A stretch of DNA of 64,000 nt from an uncultured delta proteobacterium (GTDB lineage: Bacteria > Desulfobacterota > Binatia > UBA9968): contig CAVSHR010000004.1 in assembly GCA_963727625.1 (NCBI GenBank), positions 1,184,001 through 1,248,000 of the forward strand, written 5' to 3'. Positions 10,473 through 19,591 of this stretch are shown piece after piece. The notes under the pieces are model-generated. The model saw nothing but the letters and a program-made list of their open reading frames with translations. It was not told where the DNA came from and made no database searches. The position numbers and the translations under genes were made by a program. The stretch's first letter is position 1; every line of letters begins with the position of its first letter.

Positions 10473-11997
10473 AGGACAACCTCGCCGCGCCCGCGTTCTC
10501 CCGAGCCAGCGCCGCCTTGTAATCTTCGGTGATCACTCCGGCCGTCGCCTTAGCCGAGTTCACCACGCCCGGGATGCCGGCGCCGGGGTGCGTGCCCGCG
10601 CCGACGAAGTAAAGCCCGTTAATGTCTTTGTCACGGTTATGCACCCGGAAGTAAGCGCTCTGGGTCAAACGCGGCTCGAGCGAAAACGCCGAACCCAAAT
10701 GGGAATTGAGCTCGACTTTGAAATCCTCGGGAGTAAAGATTCTTTGCGTAACGATTTGGCCGCGCAGCTCCGGCATGTAGTTCCGCTCGAGATAGTCGAG
10801 AATGCGCTCGGCATAATCCGGCCCGGCGGTTTTCCAGTCGATATCGAGCTTGCCCAGGTGCGGCACCGGCGAAAGCACGTAGAATGCTTCGCAGCCGGGC
10901 GGCGCCAAGGACGGATCCGATCGGGTCGGCGCGTGCAGATAGAGTGAAAAATCGTCCGACAATCGGCCGCGGGCAAAGATATCCTTTAACAGCTCGCGGT
11001 AGCGCGGTCCGAAGATGATGTTGTGATGCAGCAGGTTCGGATAGCGCCGCCGCGTGCCGAAGTAGATCAGGAACAGCGACATGCTGTAGGCCGAGCGGGA
11101 CAGGCGCTTGCGCATGCGCTCGGCGCGCCGCTCGCGGCGTAACAGGGCGTCGTAGGTGTGGAACACGTCGGCGTTGCTCGCGACCAGGTCGAACTCCTCT
11201 CTCTGGCCGCTCTTGCTGATCACCGCCTGCACCTGACCGGCCTTGGTAACGATCTCGCCGATCTCCGCGTTCAGACGCAACTCGCCGCCTAGGTCGGTGA
11301 AGAGCTTGACCAGCGCTTGGACCAAAGCCGCAGTCCCGCCCTTCGGAAAAAACACACCCCACTTGCGCTCGAGGCAGTGAATCAGAGTGTAAATCGAGGT
11401 CGTGGTAAACGGATTGCCGCCCACCAGCAGGGAGTGAAAGCTGAAGAGCTGGCGCAAATGCGGGTCGCGAATATGCTTGGCGACCATGCTGTAGACGGAG
11501 CGATAGGCCTCCAACCGAACTAACTGCGGCGCCACCGCGACCATGCTCGCCCAGCTCAGAAACGGCACATGCGCGAGTTTTTCATAGCCCTCGCGGAAAA
11601 CCTCTTCCGAGTATTTGAGAAACTTTTTGTAGCCGGCCAGATCCTCCGGCGATTTTTTTGCGATCTGCGCTTCGAGCAGCGCCGCGTCATCGGAATAGTC
11701 GAATCGGTAGCCATCCTGCCAAAATAAACGATAGAAAGGATCCACCGCCAGCAACTCGACGTAATCGTCCATCGACTTGCCCGCCAAGGTGAACAGCTCT
11801 CGCAGACATTGCGGCGCGGTGATCACCGTCGGCCCGGCGTCGAAGCTAAAGCCGTTGTCGCGGTAGACATAGGCCCTGCCGCCGGCCAGATCGCGTTTCT
11901 CGAATATGACCGTGCGGAAGCCGGCGGCCTGCAGGCGAATGGCCAACGCCAGCCCGCCGAAACCGCTGCCGATCACCGCGGCGCGCAGCTTATCCAT
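10465..11997 (-). CDS. crtI: Phytoene desaturase (CrtI type)
   Basis: VIGSGFGGLALAIRLQAAG, FDAGPTVIT, SLYLHAP, YFVGAGTHPGAGIPGV; start trimmed to MDKLRAAVIG. Confidence 0.97.
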   Translation of the reverse strand: MDKLRAAVIGSGFGGLALAIRLQAAGFRTVIFEKRDLAGGRAYVYRDNGFSFDAGPTVITAPQCLRELFTLAGKSMDDYVELLAVDPFYRLFWQDGYRFDYSDDAALLEAQIAKKSPEDLAGYKKFLKYSEEVFREGYEKLAHVPFLSWASMVAVAPQLVRLEAYRSVYSMVAKHIRDPHLRQLFSFHSLLVGGNPFTTTSIYTLIHCLERKWGVFFPKGGTAALVQALVKLFTDLGGELRLNAEIGEIVTKAGQVQAVISKSGQREEFDLVASNADVFHTYDALLRRERRAERMRKRLSRSAYSMSLFLIYFGTRRRYPNLLHHNIIFGPRYRELLKDIFARGRLSDDFSLYLHAPTRSDPSLAPPGCEAFYVLSPVPHLGKLDIDWKTAGPDYAERILDYLERNYMPELRGQIVTQRIFTPEDFKVELNSHLGSAFSLEPRLTQSAYFRVHNRDKDINGLYFVGAGTHPGAGIPGVVNSAKATAGVITEDYKAALARENAGAARLSYA

Positions 11998-13117
11998 AGG
12001 CCAGCGCAATCTCTTCGCCCAAAGCTCGCAGTTCCTCGAAAGCGCGCTTGGACCAGGATACTCCGGTTTCATCGAGGCGAGCTTCGAGCAATTCGAACGC
12101 ATGGTCGAGACAGCTCTGAGCGCAATTGCGCGTCACAGGAACCAATTTATTCGCCCCGATCCACGATTCCAAATGCGCTGCGTCGGGCAGCTCGCTGACC
12201 GCGGCGAGGAATTCTTCGTAGTCACGCGCCGTGCTCTGATTTGCGGCGCAGGCCCAGACCCAGGAGGGCCGCGACAGGATCAAATCCTCATAGCGCTTGG
12301 AGGGCTCGCATTTACCGATCGTGTTGCCGAGATCATCGAACATTTGCAACGCGACGCCCAGATCCCGGCCGAAATCGTCGACGATTGAGATCAGCTTTTC
12401 CGAGCCGCCGGCGAGCACCGCGCCAAGCATGGCGGCAAACCCCATCAGCGCGCCGGTTTTAAGCCGCATCGAGGCGGTGCAAACTTCGGCCACCTCGCCA
12501 CGCGGCAGCCTGTGGACCTGAGCGCCCAAGTCGATCGCTTGGCCGAAATGGGCGCGCAACAAGGTGCGGTGGCAACGATCATAAATGAGCAGCATTTGAT
12601 CCTTTGCAACGCCCATCTCTTTAAGCAGTTCAAAGGGCCAGAAATAGAGCCAATTGCCGGCATTGAGAGCGATCGGCAGGCCATGGCGGACATGGAGCGC
12701 CGGACGCCCCCGGCGCATCGGACTGCCGTCTTCGATATCGTCGACGATGAGCGAGCCGGCATGGATGAATTCCACGGCTTCAGCGGCAATTCGACAGCGT
12801 TTCGCCGCGACTATGGAATGGGCCGCCTCGGAGTTAATCAAGCGGTAGCTGAAGCCCAGCAGTTGCCCGCGAATACGCTTGCCGCGGTTTGCGGTCAAGT
12901 CAACGATCGGATCCAACAACGCGCGACTCAACACACCGGACACCGCGCCCACATCATCGAGTCCCAGCAATTCAGCCAGCTGCGCGCCGTCGGGGAGGGT
13001 CCCGTCGGCAATTTCTTTGAGGCTGCCCGGGCGATCGTATTTCTCGGGACGCTCCTCGAAGCGCCGTCTAAACGGCGCCGGCGCCGACCGGCTCAGATCC
13101 AGAATTGAATTCTTCAT
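11990..13117 (-). CDS. crtE: Polyprenyl synthetase, probable GGPP synthase (CrtE-like)
   Basis: GKRIRG, IHAGSLIVDDIEDGSPMRRGRPALH, GQAID, KTGALM; within the crt operon. Confidence 0.8.
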   Translation of the reverse strand: MKNSILDLSRSAPAPFRRRFEERPEKYDRPGSLKEIADGTLPDGAQLAELLGLDDVGAVSGVLSRALLDPIVDLTANRGKRIRGQLLGFSYRLINSEAAHSIVAAKRCRIAAEAVEFIHAGSLIVDDIEDGSPMRRGRPALHVRHGLPIALNAGNWLYFWPFELLKEMGVAKDQMLLIYDRCHRTLLRAHFGQAIDLGAQVHRLPRGEVAEVCTASMRLKTGALMGFAAMLGAVLAGGSEKLISIVDDFGRDLGVALQMFDDLGNTIGKCEPSKRYEDLILSRPSWVWACAANQSTARDYEEFLAAVSELPDAAHLESWIGANKLVPVTRNCAQSCLDHAFELLEARLDETGVSWSKRAFEELRALGEEIALAYG

Positions 13118-14088
13118 TCATTCCTCCCCAAAATTTGAAACGACTCGCTATCACCGGCCAAGAGATTTTCCGGAGTCACGCTCAAGGCGTTAGAAAGCCG
13201 GATGACGATATCCATGGATACGTTTTGCTTACCGCCTTCGACCGCGACGATACAGACTCGCGTCACGCGCGTCACTTTGGCTAGCTGCTCTTGGGTCCAA
13301 GCCTTCTTTAATCGCAAATCCCTCACCTGCCGCCCCAGCGCCAGCAGGTATTCTTTCAAGATCACCTTGGGACGGTTGGCACGCAAATTTTTAAGCGCCA
13401 AATCGATGCCGTCGTCGAGATCGCGCGCGATCTGGCAACGTCCGGTCAAAACGTTTCGCAAGGCATCGTTCGCAAGCGCCTGTCCGCCCAGGATGATGCG
13501 CGGCGCAGGCGCAAGGGCCACTGATTGTCCGATAAAATCGCGCGCGTGCTCGACGCCTTCGGGCAACGTCGCGGACAGCGCGACCAACTGCGGCCGGCGC
13601 TTCTGGGCTAGTTCGACGAGGGCTTCAGCGGGCACATCGGGACCGAGAAAGTCGGCGGTCCAGCCGCGGCTCCGACAGAGATCGGCAAACATCCGCGCGC
13701 CGATGTAGTGACGCTCGCCCTGAACGCAGGCAACCAGCACGCGATAGGACGAGCGCCGTTCGCGCCAAGCGAACATGGAGCTCAAACGATCCAGATGGCT
13801 CAGAACAATCTGAGTCGCCAAATGCTCCTCAGCGACACCGATATCGCCGCGACACCACAGGTTGCCAAGAGTAACCAGCGACGGCGCGATCACCTGACTG
13901 TAGATTTTGTCAAGCGAAAATCGCTGGGACAAAACATCATCGAGAACCCGGTGCGACGCTTCAGCGTCCCCCGCCATGAGCGCTGCGCTATATGCGCCGC
14001 GGCTTTGATCGAAGTGGTTACTATGATCGGCTTGGTTTTTTATCGGACGGTAATACGTCATCTTAATAAATCTTTGTATAGCGACCAT
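13114..14088 (-). CDS. Cobalamin-binding (CarH-type) photosensor domain fused to C-terminal XRE/Cro HTH; probable light-responsive regulator
   Basis: W-CRGDIGVAE-EH (Wx9EH), GERHYIG (ExHxxG), VALSAT, IILGGQA; C-terminal LGRQVRDLRLKKAWTQEQLAK...VEGGKQNVSMDIVIRLSNAL. Start at 14088 follows GGGGA; a later start is possible. Confidence 0.88.
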   Translation of the reverse strand: MVAIQRFIKMTYYRPIKNQADHSNHFDQSRGAYSAALMAGDAEASHRVLDDVLSQRFSLDKIYSQVIAPSLVTLGNLWCRGDIGVAEEHLATQIVLSHLDRLSSMFAWRERRSSYRVLVACVQGERHYIGARMFADLCRSRGWTADFLGPDVPAEALVELAQKRRPQLVALSATLPEGVEHARDFIGQSVALAPAPRIILGGQALANDALRNVLTGRCQIARDLDDGIDLALKNLRANRPKVILKEYLLALGRQVRDLRLKKAWTQEQLAKVTRVTRVCIVAVEGGKQNVSMDIVIRLSNALSVTPENLLAGDSESFQILGRNE

Positions 14089-14105
14089 TTCCCCCGATCG
14101 CTCCG

Positions 14106-15009
14106 TTACAGCCGCAGGGATCGCAACGCCGCCGCAATCGTAGGGTATTTGAAGCCATAGCCTAACTTCAACGCCGCTTCGGGCATTGCTTTCTGACCGG
14201 CTAATAACATATCGGCCATCTCGCCGGTGAGCAGCGTCAAGGCGGAAGGCGGCACGGACACCCACGACGGCCGGTTCAAAACAGCGCCCAGGGCCTTGGA
14301 AAATTCCGCCATGGTCACCGGATTGGGCGCGGTGCCGTTGAAAGCGCCCCGCGCGTTATCGTTTTCCATAAGAAACATCAGCAAGCCGATCTCGTCTTCA
14401 ATATGAATCCACGGCATCCACTGGTGGCCGAGCCCAGCGGCCCGCCCATAAACATCTTGAACGGCGGCACCATCTTTTTGAGCGCGCCCTGGCCGCGGTC
14501 GAGCACGATGCCGGTGCGCAACAGCACGACGCGAACCCCATGGGCTTCGGCCTTTTTCGCTTCGGATTCCCAGTCGATACAGAGCTGCGCCAAAAAATCA
14601 CTCCCGGGCGCGCTGTTCTCGGTAATCGCCTCGTCCCCATGCGGGCCGTAATAGCCCACCGCCGAGGCGCTCAGCAAAAGTTCGGCTTGTTTTTCGCCTT
14701 GGCCATGGCGTTGACCAGGGCGCGCGTCGATTCGATCCGGCTCGAGCGGATTAGCGTTTTCTGCGCCGCGCTCCAGCGCTTGCCGCCGATCGGTTCGCCG
14801 GCCAAATTGATCACACCGTCGGCGCTGTCAATCGCCTTTTCCCGTTCGCCGGTTGCACCGGGAGTCCACGCGAACCACTCCTTCTTGGTAACACCTAGTT
14901 CTGCCGGCGGTCGCCGGCTAAGCAGCGCCAGCGTGTGGAGTTGATTCCATAGCCGGTCAGCCAAAATCGAGCCGACAAACCCCGTAGCACCCGCGATAAC
15001 GACCTTCAT
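14106..15009 (-). pseudogene. TIGR01777 family NAD-dependent epimerase, split by two frameshifts
   Basis: Three consecutive ORF fragments (GATGFVG..INLAGEPI / SASAVGYYG..LRTGIVL..GGPLGS / MPWIH..FNGTAPNPV..GQK) join with +1 nt at about 14681 and about 14428. Confidence 0.85.
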
Positions 15010-15052
15010 CGAGCTTGCCTGAAAATTTCCTTGTGCTCCTGAAATGACATTC

Positions 15053-15076
15053 TGAAGTCAAATATATTTGACTTCA
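15053..15076. promoter_or_regulatory. Perfect 24-bp palindrome containing back-to-back -35-like hexamers (divergent promoter/operator)
   Basis: TGAAGTCAAATATATTTGACTTCA equals its reverse complement; TTGACT on both strands; lies in the 100-bp divergent intergenic region. Confidence 0.7.
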
Positions 15077-15109
15077 ATAGCACTAATGTCTTAATTAGTA
15101 AACATAGCG

Positions 15110-16069
15110 ATGGAACAAAATTTACTCCAACGCCCGCGCCTGGGCATCAGCGCTTGTTTGCTCGGGCAAACCGTGCGCTACGACGGGGGCCACAAGCATG
15201 ACGCGTTTTTGACCGATACCTTCGGCCGCTTCGTCGATTGGGTGCCGGTTTGTCCGGAGCTGGAAGTAGGCATGGGCGTGCCGCGCGAAAGCGTGCGGCT
15301 GATCGGTTCGTTGAATCAGCCGCGCATGATCGCCGAGCGTTCCGGCAAGGATTGGACCGACGCGATGACTGCCTTCGCCGCCAAACGGAGCGACTCTCTC
15401 GCCGCCCTCGATCTCTCCGGCTACGTGTTTAAAAAGGATTCGCCGAGCTGCGGCATGGAACGGGTCCGGGTGTACGAAGCAAAAACCCAGCCGACGCGCC
15501 GCGGCCGCGGTTTGTTTGCCGCCGCGTTGATGAAAAAGCTGCCGCTCCTTCCCGTCGAAGAAGAGGGGCGCTTGAACGATCCGGCGCTGCGCGAAAACTT
15601 CATCGAGCGGGTCTTCGCTTACCACCGTTGGCGCGCCGCAGAAGTCAAGAAGTCACGGGGCAGCCTGGTCGCCTTTCACACCCGGCATAAATATTTATTG
15701 CTGGCGCACAGCGAGCGTCACTATCGCAATCTCGGCCGAGTGGTCGCCGGCGCCAAGGAAAAGCCGCTGCGCGAAGTTTATGATGAATACGGCCTCGGCT
15801 TCATGGAAGGGCTGGCCGTCCAAGCCAGCGCCAAAAAACACGCCAACGTGCTCGACCACATGATGGGGTATTTTTCCAAGCAGCTCGACCCCGCCGAGCG
15901 CCAGGAGTTGGTCGAATTGATCGCCGACTACCGGCGCGAATTAGTTCCGCTCATCGTGCCGGTGACCCTGGTCCGCCACTACGTCAAGAAATACGCTGTG
16001 GCGTACCTCAACGACCAGGTTTATTTGGCGCCGAGCCCGAAGGAGCTGATGCTGCGCAATCACGTTTAG
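15110..16069 (+). CDS. DUF523-DUF1722 fusion (TudS/RudS-like thiouridine desulfidase, YbgA family)
   Basis: GISACLLGQTVRYDGGHK, PVCPELEVGMGVPRE, KKDSPSCG (three Fe-S cysteines), EEEGRLND, FHTRHKYLLLAHS, ELMLRNHV end. Confidence 0.92.
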   Translation: MEQNLLQRPRLGISACLLGQTVRYDGGHKHDAFLTDTFGRFVDWVPVCPELEVGMGVPRESVRLIGSLNQPRMIAERSGKDWTDAMTAFAAKRSDSLAALDLSGYVFKKDSPSCGMERVRVYEAKTQPTRRGRGLFAAALMKKLPLLPVEEEGRLNDPALRENFIERVFAYHRWRAAEVKKSRGSLVAFHTRHKYLLLAHSERHYRNLGRVVAGAKEKPLREVYDEYGLGFMEGLAVQASAKKHANVLDHMMGYFSKQLDPAERQELVELIADYRRELVPLIVPVTLVRHYVKKYAVAYLNDQVYLAPSPKELMLRNHV

Positions 16070-16091
16070 CGTCGCTCTGAGCACTGGAACG

Positions 16092-16580
16092 ATGAAGACT
16101 TTTAATTTTGCCAGCGAAACTTGGTTACCTGCGCCGCGCCATCGAGTGTTTGAGTTTTTCGCCGACCCGGGCAACTTAGAACGGCTGACGCCGCCCTGGC
16201 TACACTTTGAGATCATCACGCCGCCGGACACCGCCATCACGCAAGGCAGCTTGCTCGACTACCGCCTGCGCCTGCGCGGCATCCCGCTGCGCTGGCAGAG
16301 TGAAATTTCCCTCTGGGAGCCGCCGCGCCGTTTCGTCGACCGGCAGACCAAAGGTCCCTACTCGCTCTGGGTGCACGAACACACCTTCGTCGACCATGAC
16401 GGCGGGACCATGGTCGGCGATCGCGTCGAATACGCCGTGCCCGGCGGCCGGCTCGTGCAAACATTTATTGTCGCTCCCGACCTCGAACGGATTTTTCAAT
16501 TCCGCCGCCGAGTCCTCGAAGAGATCTTCGCCGCCCGGGGGGCGCCTGCCCGCAGCATCGACCGGCGTTTAGTCCAGTGA
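16092..16580 (+). CDS. SRPBCC (START-like) family protein
   Basis: VFEFFADPGNLERLTPP, FVDRQTKGPYSLWVHEHTF, IFQFRR. Confidence 0.88.
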   Translation: MKTFNFASETWLPAPRHRVFEFFADPGNLERLTPPWLHFEIITPPDTAITQGSLLDYRLRLRGIPLRWQSEISLWEPPRRFVDRQTKGPYSLWVHEHTFVDHDGGTMVGDRVEYAVPGGRLVQTFIVAPDLERIFQFRRRVLEEIFAARGAPARSIDRRLVQ

Positions 16581-17966
16581 GCGGCCCTTTTCCAGCGCCG
16601 CGATGCGCTCGATGTAAGCCTTCGAATTGAACTTGCGCGAGGTGCTCTCGTAGGACATGTAGCGGATCTTGCCGTACACCGGCCGCTCCGGTCCCCAGGC
16701 GCGGTCATGCTTGCCGACGATCGCCCAGGCGATGCCGGCGTAGCCGTTGGGATCGCGGCCGTCGAGCTCGTAGCGGTCATTGAGCCAAACCGCGATCCGG
16801 TAGGCCGCCTGCGGCGACTCGGTCCATTCGAGAATTTTTTTCGCCCAGTACATGCGCAGGTAGCCGTGCATCCAGCCCGTCAGCACCATTTGCTTTTGTG
16901 CCGCGTTCCACAGCGGATCGTGGGTTTCAGCGTTTTCCAACTGCCGCTCCGTGTAAACACAGCGCCGACGATCCTGGGCGTGTTTGCGGTGGGTGAGTTC
17001 GGCCCAGGGCTCGCAGGCTTCGAAGTTCTCATAGTCGCGGTTGAAGCGCACGAAATTAATCGCCAGCTCCCGGCGCACGATCAGTTCCTCTAAGTAGGCT
17101 TTGCGGTCTTCCGCCGGCGCGCCAGCCTGTTGCACGGCAAGCGCCACGGTGTGCGCACCGATCTGGCCGAAGTGGAGATAAGCTGACAATTGGCTCGTGC
17201 CATCGATATCGGGTTGGTTGCGCAGCGTCGCATAGCCTTTGAGCCGGTGGCGCAGAAATCTTTCGAGGCAACACCGCGCTTCAGCGCTGCCGCCCGAGAA
17301 GTGTCGCGACGGCACGACCGAGCAGTCGATGGGAAATTCATCGAGCAGCGCCAAGTCCGAGGATAATGAAGCGACCTGCGCGGGCATGCGCCAGGCGAAC
17401 TTCGCCGCCGGGTTTCCTACCGGTTGCAAAAATTGCGGCAAGAGAGCTTGAATTTTCGGTCGGATCGTTCGCGCCGCGTAATGCTCTCTGGCAAGCAGCT
17501 TGGACGGCACGATCACGTCGGTGTCCACCGTCCAGAGCGGCAAATTGATTTGCTGCGCGATCTTGGCCTTGGTCAGCTCCGCCTGCTTCATCGGATTCTC
17601 GTCGCCGATCACCAAACAAGGCCGCACCTCGGAACAAAATCGCAAAAGCCCGTGTCGCGGATAACGGCGGAGAACCCATCCCACACCTCTTTTTTTTAGC
17701 TCCGCAGCAATGTCTCTCAGCCCTTCAACGAGAAATTGATAGTGCCGGAGATTCCCGTGATGAGAACGAGGAACGAGTTGAAAGAACACCACAACCGGCT
17801 TGCCCAGACGGTTGCCGGCTTCGACCGCGGCCGTGAGCGCGGCGTTATCCGCCGCTCTTTGAGCGCGCTGCATCCAGTAAACCACGCATCGCCCGTCGGG
17901 GTCCGGCGTGCCGGACCGCCGTACGGTCAGCCGTGGATCATCGCGCAAACAATCCAGGGCGGTCAT
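16569..17966 (-). CDS. phrB: Class II CPD DNA photolyase
   Basis: VVYWMQRAQRAADN, SQLSAYLHFGQI, THDPLWNAAQ, MHGYLRMYWAKKILEW, DGRDPNGY, ERPVYGKIRYMS; ATG overlaps the upstream stop (ATGA). Confidence 0.95.
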   Translation of the reverse strand: MTALDCLRDDPRLTVRRSGTPDPDGRCVVYWMQRAQRAADNAALTAAVEAGNRLGKPVVVFFQLVPRSHHGNLRHYQFLVEGLRDIAAELKKRGVGWVLRRYPRHGLLRFCSEVRPCLVIGDENPMKQAELTKAKIAQQINLPLWTVDTDVIVPSKLLAREHYAARTIRPKIQALLPQFLQPVGNPAAKFAWRMPAQVASLSSDLALLDEFPIDCSVVPSRHFSGGSAEARCCLERFLRHRLKGYATLRNQPDIDGTSQLSAYLHFGQIGAHTVALAVQQAGAPAEDRKAYLEELIVRRELAINFVRFNRDYENFEACEPWAELTHRKHAQDRRRCVYTERQLENAETHDPLWNAAQKQMVLTGWMHGYLRMYWAKKILEWTESPQAAYRIAVWLNDRYELDGRDPNGYAGIAWAIVGKHDRAWGPERPVYGKIRYMSYESTSRKFNSKAYIERIAALEKGRSLD

Positions 17967-19414
17967 TGGGCCACGGCCCTCTCGTCGCGGCATCTCGCCG
18001 CGATCGCTTGCAACATTTTCGCGAACATCAACTTGTGGACCGGGTAAAGCAGGTACCAATACAATAAACCGGCGACGCCGATCGGATCGAAGATCGCGGT
18101 TTGGCGGATCACCGATCCGCTCCCTCGATCTTCCACTTCGAACTCGAGCCAAGCCCGCCCCGGCAGCTTCATTTCGGCGGCGAGACGAAGTCGTTGACCG
18201 TCCTGGAAAGCCTCAACCCGCCAGAAATCGAGGGTATCACCGACCTGAAGCATTTCCGGATCGCGCCGGCCCCGTCGAACCCCAACACCGCCCATCAAGA
18301 GATCGACAAAGCCCCGCACTTGCCACAACCAATCGCCGTAATACCAGCCGGTCTTCCCACCGATGCGGCGGATCGGCAGAAAGGCGCCTTTCGCAGAAAC
18401 ATTGACTGAGACTTCTCGATAATCAACGATCCGGTTGCCAAACCGCACCCCACCCCAATTGGACTGCTCTCCCCGCGACGATAAAGCATCGGACCACTTG
18501 GTGGCGGCAAATTCACGATCTTCATTGACGATGGCGCGGGCAATCATTTCCCGAACTCCTTTCGGCCGGACCGAAAATAGTTTGAGAGCATTAGGATCGC
18601 GCACCACCGTCGGGTTTCTGATGCTGTCAATTAACTTGCGGCCGACGCGCGCGTAGACCGGCGTTACCAATCCCAGCCAGAGACTCGATAGGCGCGGCGT
18701 CAACACCGGAACCGAGATCAGGAAACGGCGCAAATTGCGCTGCCGGGCATACTCGCGCATGATATGCTCGTAGGAAACCTGATCGGCGCCGCCAATCTCG
18801 AGGATGCGATTGCCTGTGAGAGGAAGATCCAAGGCTTGGACGAGGTATTCAACCAGGTCTTCAATCCCTATGGGTTGCGCCGCAATCGATACCCAAGCCG
18901 GGCAGATCATGACCGGCAGGCGCTCGACCAGCGCCCGAATAATCTCAAACGAAAGACTTCCCGAGCCGATGACGATCGAAGCGCGAAACTCGATGACCTC
19001 GAGGCCAAGCGTACGGAGCGCTTCGCCGACTTCCTGACGACTTCGCAAATGCGGCGACAACGCGCCCTCGCCTAAGCCACCAAGGTAAATGATGCGCCGA
19101 ATATTGGCCGCATGAGCCGCTTTTGCAAAATTGCTTGCGGCTTGACGATCTTTTTCCTCAAACGACCCGGCGGTGCCCATGGAGTGCACCAGATAATAAG
19201 CGGTGTGCACTCCCGCCGATGCGGCGGCGAGCGATGAGGTATCGAAACAGTCGCCAGAAACCACTTGGGTATTTTTGCCAATCCGTCCTCGCAGCGCTTC
19301 CGGTCGCCGTGCCATGCAGCGCAACCGATAGCCGCCCGCCTCCAAGGCTTGCAGCAACCTTCCGCCGACATATCCGGTGCCGCCGGTTAACAAGATGAGA
19401 TTCTGACGATCCAT
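17963..19414 (-). CDS. SDR-family oxidoreductase with C-terminal DUF2867 (YbjT-like)
   Basis: LTGGTGYVGGRL, YYLVHSM, SPHLRSRQEVG, GDTLDFWRVE, AEMKLPGRAWLEF. Confidence 0.9.
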   Translation of the reverse strand: MDRQNLILLTGGTGYVGGRLLQALEAGGYRLRCMARRPEALRGRIGKNTQVVSGDCFDTSSLAAASAGVHTAYYLVHSMGTAGSFEEKDRQAASNFAKAAHAANIRRIIYLGGLGEGALSPHLRSRQEVGEALRTLGLEVIEFRASIVIGSGSLSFEIIRALVERLPVMICPAWVSIAAQPIGIEDLVEYLVQALDLPLTGNRILEIGGADQVSYEHIMREYARQRNLRRFLISVPVLTPRLSSLWLGLVTPVYARVGRKLIDSIRNPTVVRDPNALKLFSVRPKGVREMIARAIVNEDREFAATKWSDALSSRGEQSNWGGVRFGNRIVDYREVSVNVSAKGAFLPIRRIGGKTGWYYGDWLWQVRGFVDLLMGGVGVRRGRRDPEMLQVGDTLDFWRVEAFQDGQRLRLAAEMKLPGRAWLEFEVEDRGSGSVIRQTAIFDPIGVAGLLYWYLLYPVHKLMFAKMLQAIAARCRDERAVAQ

Positions 19415-19591
19415 GGGTACGCTAATCGCTCGGTTCCGACTCTCTTTGAAAGAGGCTTCGCGCCGCTCCGCCAGGTCATTTATATAGCCAAAACGAGGCT
19501 AAACCTAATCTCGTGCAGATCTGCGCGCTTGCCTCGCCGAGAGTTTCCTGAAAGAAAATCTAAAACTGGTAAGATTGGGAGTCATCGCATC

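Noticed and set aside
14045-14085. CarH-type 11-bp direct-repeat operator (TATACA...) at the regulator 5' end
   Set aside because: Only one good TnnACA unit; neighbouring 11-bp registers do not match.
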